Below, one piece after another: positions 1 to 12,000 of a stretch of DNA of 64,000 bases (positions are counted from its first letter, which is position 1; the number at the start of each line of letters is the position of its first letter). The stretch is from Phoronis australis (Eukaryota; Animalia; Phoronida), in the NCBI GenBank assembly GCA_002633005.1, contig NMRA01000002.1, positions 1,013,278 through 1,077,277 on the forward strand, read 5' to 3'. The notes under the pieces are model-generated. The model made no database searches, was not told the origin of the DNA, and saw only the letters and a list, made by a program, of their open reading frames with translations. A program made the position numbers and the translations under genes.

Positions 1-596
1 AATCTGAAATTGTTTCGCCGACAACGACGAGTGTTTTTTTTTAAATAAAATGACGCTTTTTGGCTCAATAAATATTTTTATCACCTTCTTGTCCACAACC
101 AATTCGTAGTCTTGTATGCTCGAATGAACAAGTGAATACATTCATCACTCACATGTAAAAGCGAGAAAAGAACATTCCTACCTCAAAAAATGTTCCAAAA
201 GTCAACATCGTTTCGTAAAAGGAAGCTCCATTCCAAACCAACAACCATGCAGTACAGCGACGCGCACTCCCTTAGCGAGCCGAGAGGTAAAGACTGATCA
301 ATCGCTGCGCTCCGATGAAAATGAAGCACTCCCGGTCACGTGACCTCGGAGATAAGATCCAATGCCTCTGGGACCGTACGCGTGTGTAGTGCGCCCAGAC
401 CTAATTTTAGGTCTTTTGAAAAGCTACGAGATTTCATTTAAACACTCGCACACGCTCGCATGAGGAAGGAGAATGGGACTGTATAACTTTAACCAGATAA
501 CGCGTTTATTACGCTCACAGTGAACGCACTGAAAATTCCGACGGTGTTGTCGAAAATTAGACTTTTGATGTTATTCCAAGTCTTTCAGTCGCTTAC

Positions 597-3500
597 GACT
601 GCAAACAATAAGATCCTTGTATGAGGTGTTTGTCCAATGAATCTGTTGCCAATGAACTCAAACCGTCTCGAGCTACCTTCTCTATGAATGAAACGTGTCT
701 GTAAGTCTCGACCAGATGGAGATACCTGTTTCAATTTGTCTTGGGGAAATACAGTTTTCGTGCTTGCAAAACTGTACAAAAAACACACTATCGCTGCTGA
801 TGTCAGCGGCGTTGTCATCGCTCCCGTCACGGTCACGGTGGTCGTCGCAATGGGGTGGCGGCTCTCTACTACGGTGACGGGAGTTTTGGCTTACCGTCTC
901 ATTGAGAGAGTGTATTCGAAAAAAGAGTCCCATTGGCCGGGTACGTAACTTTCTTGAAAAAAGTCACCCTTTAGTAGATAGTTGCAGAAACACCATATGG
1001 TTTTTCTTCCCTTTAGTAAGCTTAAATGTATCCGATAATCTGGATTTAATTACTGCTTTCGCTGATGCACAACCCCAGGAGCTAGCAAAACGACCAATAT
1101 ACCGCGTGCTATGTATCCGACATATCGTGGGGAACGTTGATGCACACGACTACGGCGCCTCTACTAGATAGGTATATGGTTCACAGACCACTGTAACTAA
1201 ATCACAATAAATCGGATGCAGACACTGGGGACTAGGAGGTCGCTAATCGATTGTATATGATACACTTGCATTACTACACTCCTTACCTGAGTGTGCTACG
1301 AGATGTAGTAATGTGAAAAGGTCATGATTAACAGGAGGAAGTATCATTCGGACATTCTGAATGGTTAGAATATAACATTGTGACATTCCTATTGTTTCAT
1401 GTTGAAGATACTGCTCCATCTATTGAGGAATGCTTTTACAGTTTGCGGGATCTGCAAGAACAAAAACAGACTAATCGATGCACTTGTCTCTTCTTAGTCA
1501 GGGACGGATCCAGGATTTGAGTTAGGGAAGGCCATGGCAGAGTATTAGCCAGAAGTTTGCCCTTCAGACATTCGCATCCCCGAACTGCCAAATGGAATCT
1601 GGGAAAATTTTAGGGGGGCATGGCCCCCTTGCCCCCCCCCCCCCCCTTAAATCCGTCACTGCTACTGAGCAATACCTTCCTGATTCTATGAAGTCTCGTA
1701 TGGTTGTGTGACTCTCTCTAGATAACAAGGCGTGAAATAAAATGCTAAAACCACCCAAAATACTTTTCAGGCACATTCCCAGACTGTATCTTCAAAATAC
1801 AAACCGATGCATGCACGCTGATATCCAGACACGGATTTCTCTCAACAGTTTCTGTTAGTTTGAGGCTTGAAAAACCCAGAGCTGTGTTTCGTAGACGCAA
1901 GAAACACAGGAAAACGGAAGATCGTGCAAGTTTTAGCGAGATGTGGCCGTGAATTATGAGCAAAGCACGTGGCCCATACTGACTTTTCACGAGTGTTTTA
2001 GTTCTAAGCAAGCTCAGCTCGAATCCGCTCTGCGCCACATTTCCGTTTCAGAAGGTGTGCAAAACAGAAAAAGATAAGAATACATTGTAGATCAAAGACT
2101 TCAAAAACCTTGTACGACGTCTAATGGAACTGGGGCCCGTTCCGCGGGTTTTGGTCGCGAAACAAAATGTGTCGATTTAACCCTCAGCAATCGACACAAT
2201 TTAAAATGCGCGTTTTCACTATACCTATATCGTGCCACTGTTGGTTGGATTCTGAAAAATGAGCAGAAAACAGTCACCAGATGTTACCCCCAAAACAGTC
2301 ACCAGATGTCACCCCCAAAACAGTCACCAGATGTCACCCCAAAACAGTCACCAGATGTCACCCCCAAAACCAACGCTGCAATTACTATGAACAGAGAGAA
2401 AATGCATTCAAAGTGACAGAACTGTTCAGATTATAGAAATCGGTTGAATGAGGTATGTGCCGACCAGTCAAATTTTAATGTATCTTTCAACATTTAAAAT
2501 TGTCCCCTATTTCTCCCGTTTTATGTATTTTTTCTGAAACAGATACATGTATTTATATGATTGCTGTCCAATTATATTAATTGCATGCTGCTACATTTCT
2601 GAATAACTTTGAGGTGAGATGTGAAAATCATGTGCACAGTCTCTGTGTAACCCGAAGAATGAAGATCTCGAGTTACAGATAAGCAGTGGGCATGGTGATT
2701 AGTAAAGGTTATAAAGATGTGCTTTTTACTTTCAAATGATTAAACCGCTGACATCACCATTGATTGACCAATCAAGAATCACATGTCTAAGATTTGCACC
2801 AGATTCAAATGCTATTGGAGTCCGAGTTCATGCGATTCTAATGCCACCTAATAGATAATTTCTGGTACAGGAACGTTTTGACGGCAGTTCACTGGTATCC
2901 GCGACAGAAGAAGTTACGGCAGGTACCAAAATGGACAAGTAAGGAGGCCAGTGTGACCAACATATTAGATATGTTGTGAACAAAGGAACCACTACATGTA
3001 TGTGACAGCATGTCGAGTAAAAGGGATAGATTGAAATTTTTTATTGTCCTCTCCTTTGTATTCTATAAGGATTTTTTATTTAATCCCGTGCAAAAGGGTC
3101 CGCGTTAGTATTTCGGAACTGCATGCACATAAATCTAAGAAGTTGTTAAATATTTGGGCTATAAAAGCATAGCTGGGTTTAGTCTTTTGTTTATTTTTGT
3201 GTTTTTCTTTGTTTTTTTTTTGTTTTTTTTTTAACTGACTGATGGATTAGTGCGGTATTCTTCTAATTTGGCGGTTTTCTAAAAAAATGTGCTTAGGGGG
3301 AGCAAAGAGGATGCGTTGGTGCTATGCTTTCCTTTAGTAGTGAAGCGCGGGTTTGAGAAGTCGCTTCGGGATAGACATGTAAACTATCTGCAAATAAACA
3401 TTTACCACTTATGCTTTTTGATATTATCTATTATCAAAAGTACCGTTGCAAAATGTATTCACTTCCCGATATGTCATCTTTCAATCGGTTAAAAAGACGT

Positions 3501-6500
3501 CTGTCCAAGATTGGATTCATGGAATTGATCCCTGCAAACATACGAGAGCGGGTGACTAATAGAATTTCTTTAATCGAATGGTTCCCCCATCTCGAGTTCA
3601 CTGTGTTACAATATCGCAGCTTCCGTGCCGCGTCAAATGCAATTCAAGTAGTCCCCGGGCTGAACCGCATAAAGAAAAATCAGAGATATAATAGAGTTTT
3701 GTTTTTCAGCACTAATACTTAACAAATAAAGTATAGAGCATGTTACTAGAGTAACGCCAGAATGTTAAAAAGGTATTCCATGGTAGTTCCTATTACTATA
3801 AAGCATTGTATTACCACATCACGCAGTAATGAACTTGTAATTAAATTGCAAGAGAGTGCAGATGCAACGAAAACGAAACAGCTACGAATAAATGTAACCA
3901 TAAAGAATCGAATATGTCGAATTTTAATCGATGATCTTGAAAGGGCTGATTAAGAGGAGGGGTAATATCCTCCTAAAAAAATGAGAGTGACATTCAGGAT
4001 TATGTCTCGTGACTTCCATGTGGTTCTTACCACCCGGGAGCGAGAACTTGCCGCAGCGGCATAAGCCTGCTGGTCTACGCTAGGTGCAGTTTTCAAGGCC
4101 ATCTGATCAAATTCCCTACGAAAGGGAGATGATTTATGTATTCCTGTTTTATTTTCAGTCTTTGAGACTGCATTGTAATTGAGAGTTTATCTAATTCACA
4201 GGTTTCGTTGAAAACACGAGATATATTGACTCTATCCAGGTTCAAAAGCAGCCTTTCTGTGTGATCATAGTCTCCTTGGGACAATGTCTACATGCACTGT
4301 TGTTACCTGTAGTAGATAGAACCACATGGGAAATGGCGAAAGGATGGCTTTGGAGCAAGACAGAGACAATACAGCTTGTGTTTTTAACTTTAATTCAATA
4401 ACTAACCAAAAGGGTTGTGCCATGGAAAAGCATGGCCCCTTTTAATCGCAGGGGCGCAAACTAACCGAAAGGGTTGGGTTTGATCGTGCCGACTTTTTAA
4501 AACTGCGGGCACTTGCTTGCCCGTCAAAAAGTTGAGTACACCCCCCCCCCCTCTCCGGTACACACCGTGACAACACGAGATCTTCCACTCCTTTTATGTT
4601 TTGAGACAACCTGCGAGATTAGATCTTCACTGAATTAGATAGAAATTGTGTCCCCGCAGGCACGGCGTGACACACCGGAGATTCAGCCCATTAATTTTAC
4701 CATTATATCACCGTTTTGATATCATCACCGATCATGCCGGAGGCGAAATGAGTGTACTCGGCCACCGACATTGTGATAACTACGACAGACTGAGGCCACT
4801 TCCTTGGGTGTGTTGATCACAGTTACGTCAGACGGCATTTAAAGAGACAATCATGTTTTCAAACTGAGTGAAAGCGTTATCGTCAATCTCCATCATTCTA
4901 GTACTTCACGACTATTCTGTTGTACACCGGGGGATGATCCGTAATGACGCATCAAAGTTTCATTGACTAATTAATTCAAAACACGTGATTCGGCTCAGAC
5001 AAAATTAAAGAAATCGCCACCGTTGGCATTCCCCTCCCCTTCACCTCCAGTTTCGCGCCGCGCCTCCCGCTGCTCGTCACCAGTTTTATGCCCCCTGTCG
5101 TCTGTGCCATCTGCACGTCGGTGCCCTCTGGTCTTTTGTTGCTGTTCTTTAACTACACTGCGAGAACTTTGAGCTTGACTTCACTGTCCATATCTTGGTT
5201 TGGAAACGAAAATACTTAATCAGTCACAAACATTATCTGCTATTAAGCACGGCTAAGATTTCAAAATAACTTTGTCTTTGTTCAAGTTCTATTTCCTTTG
5301 ATGCTTAACGATACCTTTTTGTTTCAAATATCAAATTGACGACCTTGCAAACATTCCACAAGGCAGCGATTTGAAAACATGCAAGGAGTGCCACTTGATT
5401 TGTCAATGGAAATAAATGAACTAAGTTATCAGTTAAGACAAATAGGACTTTTAGTATGACTGCCCAACACAGTTTATTCGTATTTGCGGAAATAATGGAT
5501 TCGATGCCGCGTTACTTTTTGCGCCGAAATTGTCTCTTTAATCTAATTTCACTCGAAATGACCACTCCCAGCCTGAGTCACCCATCATTCACTTGACACT
5601 CTGTTAAAACATGCTTTGTCTTTCATCTTATCGTCCGCAGAAATCTCTACTTACACCCATAAGTTTGTCACGTTCAATCTTCAGTTTTGATTTGGGCATC
5701 TAAAACGGCAAATGCGGAAATTGAATGATTTTTACAGTCCAGACATCTAACAGTTCTTTTTAAATTGGACTGTGACTGAGACAGCAGATAATATTGACTT
5801 ATTTTTGGTAATCATCCCAGTTCAATTTCACTGATTGCTTATATTGTCTGTTAGCATGCCTGGGTAAAAATTAAAAATTAGACAGTGTTTGAACTGTTTG
5901 TAAAAATCTAATTTACCAAGTGGTGACGTTTTATCCATGCACTGCTGTTCATCTACATCTAGACACATTGGTCATAGCTCACACGAGTATCTGTATTGTT
6001 TCTCACTCCTGTACTGGTCCATGGTAGGCCAAATCCAGTGATGTGCAGAGGTTTTAATACCTTAAGTTGATTTTGTATTTTGTTAAGTTCCATTTTAATT
6101 AGAAACCATTTTGATATAATCTTCAGAGCGGTAATCAAAACTTAAGACTTAAGGATCGTATTTTTTTGAAAAAGTGCTCCAAAATGATTCTTTTCTTATT
6201 TCGTGAAACTCTCAGTTTTATTCGTTACGACATTCAACTCTTTTAACACGTGTTAACGTGTCTATTTTTATGAATATTTAAGAATTCTGACCAATATTTG
6301 ATAATCTTTGTCAATCTCAATGTCATTACGGTACACTTGCCTAACTAACCTCTGGTTGTTGAATTTGGAACACTTTGTCCGAAGCCCAGCACAAATTTAC
6401 AAAATATATTTTGTAGCGCCCCAACATTTTGGCAAGCCGATGTTGAACCCGCACAATTCTGAACGCGCTCAGAATAAAGTAAACGTGGTTTTCAGTATCG

Positions 6501-7905
6501 AAAAATTGTAACCAGACTTTTATCCTGAAAATTTCATCAGGGACATATGACAATGTGATACAAGTTGGATAAGCAGAGTAACGTGTTGTATTCTTTATGC
6601 CTTTTGCTACAACATGGGGAGTGAAAGCCCTCTTGAAAAATGTGCGCCGTCTTGATGCGAGGCTGTAGTACAGTACAACCCTGTTTTATGACCAGCGACA
6701 TCTACCAATACACTGTAACTCATAACACTGTACAAGAGGTCTTCAATCAATGCAACTGTAATTATGTATATGGTTTTCATTGTGTTTTTCTTGAACGTAG
6801 AGAAAAGATGCTTATACAATCATCGCCGTGCATTGCTACGAACCTATCTCAAGAGTACTTTCGTTTCGTCGTAAACAATTAGACAAGTAAAAATAATTTT
6901 AACGTAGTCAAAACGTTAACACGCCCCTGAATTTAGAAAACGTATTCACACGCGTCATAACAACATTTCCTGCAAATTTCAACAATACCATTGATAACGA
7001 TGCATTGACCTGATTTACTGACCTTAAGTTTGTTTAAAACATAAGTGCCAGTGGTATAAAACACTGAACGACTCGATCGTTGTGCTGCTGTGCGTGAACT
7101 TGGAATCTTGCTTAATCTCAAGATCGCGTATGCGTGAACTCGGAATACACGAGAAAACTTGACAAGTTCACTCAAATAATCGATAAAAAATTGCACTGCA
7201 CTAAATCAAATTACATGATAATAAAATAACATAAATTTTAACCAATATTTTTGCAACAATTGGCGATTTTATTCATCAAACAATAATTGATTTAACCTTG
7301 TACATACATGTATTCCTCTGATTATGTGACACAAATTAAGGAAAGGGGGAAAATGGGTGATTGTGAGGCCAATAATTACAAAAATTCTTTACCATGAACA
7401 AAAAATTTCACCCGGTTGCCCAAAATGAATTTTCATTTCCAAGTTCACGCATACGCGATCTTGAGATTAAACAGGATTCCAAGTTCACCCACAGCAGTCC
7501 AACGTGTCTTTTTCTGTTTCCTTAAATTTAAATCTGTAAACTAACTTGGCAGACATCCTATCTAAACACACTATAACCTTTATCTGAATTTCGCAAAACG
7601 TTTTTTTTCTTCGCAGACTTAAGTTCATTGCCATGATATTATCAAGCGTCAAACTAAAACGTCAAACTATGTTTTTAAATAGAATAAAGTACTCACTTCC
7701 ATGTTGTTTTGTCTTTGAATAGTATTTCAAAAATAATTGATCTTACGAATGAGTAAGCTGTCTGGTCAGAGAATAGCGGTAATTCGGTACTAGTCGATGT
7801 CCGATGAGTAAAAGTCGTCAAAGGCCGAGTACCTTGGTGTCGTTGAAGCATCCAGAGGTGTGTTTGCAAACTCAAGTTAGCCTCTGATGAGTCTAAGTCA
7901 TGTAG
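597..7905 (-). CDS. Putative multi-exon gene of unknown product, divergent from LAMTOR3 (candidate exons 7697-7905, 5655-5699, 4031-4102, 1287-1356, 895-952, 726 or 597-771)
   Basis: Each candidate has AG/GT borders (donors gtgagt, gtaagt, gtaaga, gtaagg, gtaagc) and the phases chain without stops: ME|MPKSKLKIERDKLMG|MALKTAPSVDQQAYAAAASSRSRV|NVRMILPPVNHDLFTLLHLVAHS|ESYVPGQWDSFFEYTLSMR|RFASTKTVFPQDKLKQ. No recognisable homology. Confidence 0.3.
1499..1661. mobile_element. hAT-like MITE (CAGGGGACGGATCC...ATCCGTCACTG)
   Basis: Imperfect TIR and G-run/C-run hairpin; related copy at 33459-33765. No clean 8-bp TSD. Confidence 0.65.
2267..2370. repeat. Minisatellite, 25-bp unit x4 (AAAACAGTCACCAGATGTCACCCCC)
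   Basis: Near-perfect tandem copies starting at 2267, 2292, 2317 and 2341. Confidence 0.97.
4180..4284 (-). mobile_element. Relic of a Penelope-like element ORF N-terminus
   Basis: YDHTERLLLNLDRVNISRVFNETCELDKL aligns without gaps to the peptide at 9345-9488 (11 of 29 identical). Confidence 0.5.
4843..5537. mobile_element. Kolobok-type non-autonomous element (695 bp)
   Basis: TTAA|AGAGACAAT ... ATTGTCTCT|TTAA: perfect 9-bp TIR with TTAA on both sides (4839-4842, 5538-5541). Confidence 0.7.
7078..7504. mobile_element. MITE with ~69-bp inverted repeats
   Basis: 7078-7146 and 7436-7504 are reverse complements at about 90% (core TTAATCTCAAGATCGCGTATGCGTGAACT). Confidence 0.85.
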
Positions 7906-8345
7906 CTAGAAAAGTGGTAATCTAAATGCAACAAAGACTAAAATGCAAGCGCGCTCCGAGTCCCTATTTGGAGCAGTGACTGTCCCGTAAATCTCTACAC
8001 TGGGATTCTCGGCCGGGGAGAAATTAATATTGGTGTCAGGCAAAATTCAGGTTAGTGGTAGGACAGTGACATTTTTCTTCGTTTGAAAATAAAAAAGGGA
8101 TTAGGAAGTTTAAATTCATGAACTTAAGTCGTGATTATTAATTGATCATCTGAGATCATTCTAGAGATAGCCTGTTCAGGTGACAATTGATGACTGACTG
8201 AAGTACAGGGTTATATTTAGTGGAGATCGAAGGCTGCTCAGAGGACTACCCAACATTGACAGTCCTCGTGCATCTGATCTTTGACCGCCTACCGGCACAA
8301 ATACATGGTCATTAGTTAAGACTTTCTACCCCCCCCCCCCTTTTG

Positions 8346-8426
8346 NNNNNNNNNNNNNNNNNNNNNNNNNNNNNNNNNNNNNNNNNNNNNNNNNNNNNNN
8401 NNNNNNNNNNNNNNNNNNNNNNNNNN
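8346..8426. other. Assembly gap between poly-C runs
   Basis: N run. Confidence 1.
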
Positions 8427-9074
8427 ATCCCCCCCCCCCCCCCGGCCCCCCCAATTGATTAGTTTTCTGCAAGGGGAATTTTTAACATTCCGGCGTAGTC
8501 AAGGTGATATTTATCTGAACGAATAATGAAATAAAAACACAAGAATAATTGGCGATGTAACTCATTTGTTTACGATCAAATATGATACCTTCTAATAACC
8601 TAACAGATCTTAAAATGTTAATATTAGCTTTGATGTAGGAACTTGCCAAAGTACCGGTATCACGGCGAGTCAGAATAAAGGTTGAGATAATTTTTCAGTT
8701 CAGTCCGTGATAAGCTGGAGTCATTGAAAAAAAATCAAGTTTTTTGCCGTTTATAGCTACTTATTTCACGCTCATCCATGTCAAATTAACGTCACAATAT
8801 TCTGAAATTTGTTTTTAATAACGGTAATGGACTGCCTAAGTACATGTATAGCTATACGGATTACTCTAATGCACGTCTATAGATGGCGCTATTCTGAAAA
8901 AAGTTTGGAAATTTAGTTTTCAGAGTAAAATATTTGTGTTACATAATCCCCTAAAATAGGTACAACACGGGGACATGATTAAAAACACGTGAAGCAATAT
9001 TTCAGTGAAGGCAACGCAGTCGTGTTCACTTTAACGACATATTCCAACTTCCCACATAGTTTTGTTTTCTCAAA

Positions 9075-9083
9075 ATGGCGGAG
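9075..9083 (+). CDS. LAMTOR3: LAMTOR3 coding exon 1 (MAE)
   Basis: caaaATGGCGGAG|gtaagt: strong start context and consensus donor; phase 0 fits exon 2. Confidence 0.88.
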
Positions 9084-12000
9084 GTAAGTGGGTGAAGGTG
9101 ACTTCCGCGTGTAGATTTTTCAATTAATCACTCTGTTTATGATGGTTAGATGTGTACAAAAGTAATAAATTGACCTTCATTCATTCATGAAATAAACTCG
9201 TCATAAACAACGGTGTGCCTGCCGCAGATTCTCTGGCAACAGGAGCAAAGAATCCCATCTTCGTCGCTCCGCATAGCTCTACGTAGTAATACTAGAAATT
9301 GACACAGACCTAAGTAATCGTCCTAGCCGCCGCAATAGGTCAATGTAGTTCGGTAGTAGCCCTTCGTTAACACAAACGTAATTGACAACACGACTGAAGT
9401 TTTTGCTGTTCAACTTGATGTACACTCGCTCATACGCTCTGTACAATTCCCGATGTGTAGACTGTAGTTGTGAAGCAAATTTGCCCATTTTCACGAAAGA
9501 CGTCGCTCTAGTCGTTTGCCAATACCTTGTACCAACAAACAGGTAAAAATAGTAGCTATATTTCGAGAGCACATGTCTCACCCTCAGGCACTTGCATAGA
9601 CAGTACCACCATCTCAAGGGGCCGCAGTAGAGATGGTAGTAATCCCGTAGGCCCTACATATGCAGGAAGCTTTTCCGCATATTATGCCTCACACTGACTG
9701 AGCCATCAAAGTCATGTTGGTATAAGTGCCTTTTGCACATATGGACATTAAGAAGTTGTTGATGTCTTAAACTCTCCCTACGAAACATGAACCAAATTCT
9801 GTTTTTGAAGGTATGAATACGCATGCTGTACTTTCCGCGACTTTCATGGGAAACTTTTGCCAAGTGGGCAATTAAACATAGTTGGTCTACTTATCATTCT
9901 GTCGGTAGTATTTGTCGATGTCACATTGATACTGTTGGACAATTGTGTTTGTATAGAACCAGGTTTTATACTTGATCATTTCTGTCAGATCTGATGCAGT
10001 TGCAAATTGTCAATTCTTCTCAAGCTTTGAAATGATGGCTAATATAAGTACAGAATAAGATGAGACCTATTCTACGATGATAAGTGACCTAAATAAAAAA
10101 ATTAACTGAAGGCATGGGTTACGTATTACATAGATTTAATTAGCATTTCATTGGTGGAGACTGCAGCTTTTGTGCATGCTGGAAACAGGTTTCCCTCCCT
10201 CTTGGCATGTGTCCAATGGCCTAATTACAACTACGTTTATATAAGACAGCACATTTAGTGTGCTGAAAGTGATTTGGGTATGTTGTTTAGTCTTTGCCTT
10301 GAAAGGAATGATCGAAAATGCTGCCTGGACTTTGTGGTTACTTGGTTAATTCAATGTATCAATCATACTTTTTGTATCGTAAACTTGTTTAAGAAATGTT
10401 CTGCTTAATTCTTTGTCTGAAATTTCACTCCAATGTTCATTGTTTTCAGGAATTGAAGAAATATCTTTTCCTCCTGTTGAAACAGTAAGTTGTGCATTGG
10501 GTTTAAGAAACCCTCATTTATTATCTTTCGCTAAAAACCTGCAAGTTTAATTTTTCATTGTGTCATAATGACAGTAAGTTTTATGAAAATTCTTTTTGGT
10601 ATACAACTGGTTGCACATTCTTATAGGTACGGTAAAATATGTATAAGTCGGATCCGACTGGAAGCGACAGAGATTTCATTGAAACACAGTCTGAATGCAT
10701 AAATTAGAAAATCGTACCTCGGAACTGTGTCGGCATTAAGTGCAAACATTTGATTTTACATGTCAACTTATGCGAGTTTGACCAGAAGAAGATTTTCATA
10801 TACCTGCGCTCCACTATGCCTCTTTTGTGTTAAATGTACCAACAATTTTACATTTCCCCTTTTACGAATACACTGAGATGTCAGATGAAAGGCAAGTAGC
10901 TAGAAGGGAGGATATCCTCAAATCTCTTCTCTGCCTTGCTTATGCATTATTTTTACCTAATTTTAAAATGATTCTTGGTGCCTCTATGAATAATATGGCT
11001 GCTGCTTTCTCTTTGACTTACCATTTTTGTTGTCACACTGCAGTTGTTTCATTTTTCAGGGTTGACGGTCTTCATGCTATCATTATAACTGACAGAGATG
11101 GTGTTCCTGTCCTCAAAGGTGAAAGTAATTCAGTTACCTAAGACAAATGCTTATAGAAAAGTTCATTTTTTTATGCGCCGGTTCATACATGTAGGACAAT
11201 CATCCAAGTGTTGATTCTGTGTCTGATGTGACATTTTGTAATTCTAATTGTTTAAATTTTTGCTTAATATGTGTAAGATTTTAATCAAAAGATTCAACGA
11301 ATTGCCATATGACTTGATTCATTATCGAAAACTAGACTCGATTTCAGATTAAAACATCAGTTTGATTTAAAAACTTTTTACTTGTAAATTCAAGTTTTGA
11401 ATCGTATTTTCCTACTTTACCACAGGTATGTACTTTGAATTCTAATTTGGGATGTGGCTTGTGAACCTAGTTTTCTAAGTCATTTTTCAAAACGGTTGTA
11501 GTTCAGAATTATATGCATGTGCACACGCAGCCAAACAAATGGGGGGTTGGAATTTTTGGTTGGAACTTTAACTAAGATTCACGGCTTACGTTCATAGCTA
11601 TGAATTGTGCATTTGCCGAATTTTAGTAGTTTCTGCCTTTTTAGAGGATTTTTGTCTCACAATCTACTTTTTCGGAGTTTTTGTTTCTCCGAAGCGGACC
11701 TCTTTGTCCACTTCACCAAATGGGGGGCTCGTTCGCGACTGATTTTTCCTGCGTGTATGCATGTTCAGGTAGAAAATCCACAAATTTCCAACTGTAGATT
11801 CTTGCTCTGTTTTCAGTAAACACAGAAAATGCCCCGGAAAAAGCTATGAAACCAGGATTTCTCCAAACATTTGGAATGATGTCAGAGCAAGCTAGCAAGC
11901 TGGGTCTTTCAAAAAATAAGCATGTGATAGCTTCATACACAACATATCAGGTAGGAGCGCTGTAATTTAGTACTTGTATTTTATCTTTTGCACGCAATAA

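Noticed and set aside
1287-1356. RhoGAP-like motif in LPPVNHDLFTLLHLVAHSE
   Set aside because: Needs four gaps in 20 residues and the following N.M...NLA motif is absent.
4015-4332. TIR element defined by CCATGTGGTTCT / AGAACCACATGG
   Set aside because: The 12-bp inverted match is real, but there is no TSD and no second copy in the window, so it was left uncalled.
5655-5699. Kinase subdomain I lead-in (MPKSKLKIERDKLMG)
   Set aside because: No exon supplying GxFGxV or any other kinase motif was found downstream.
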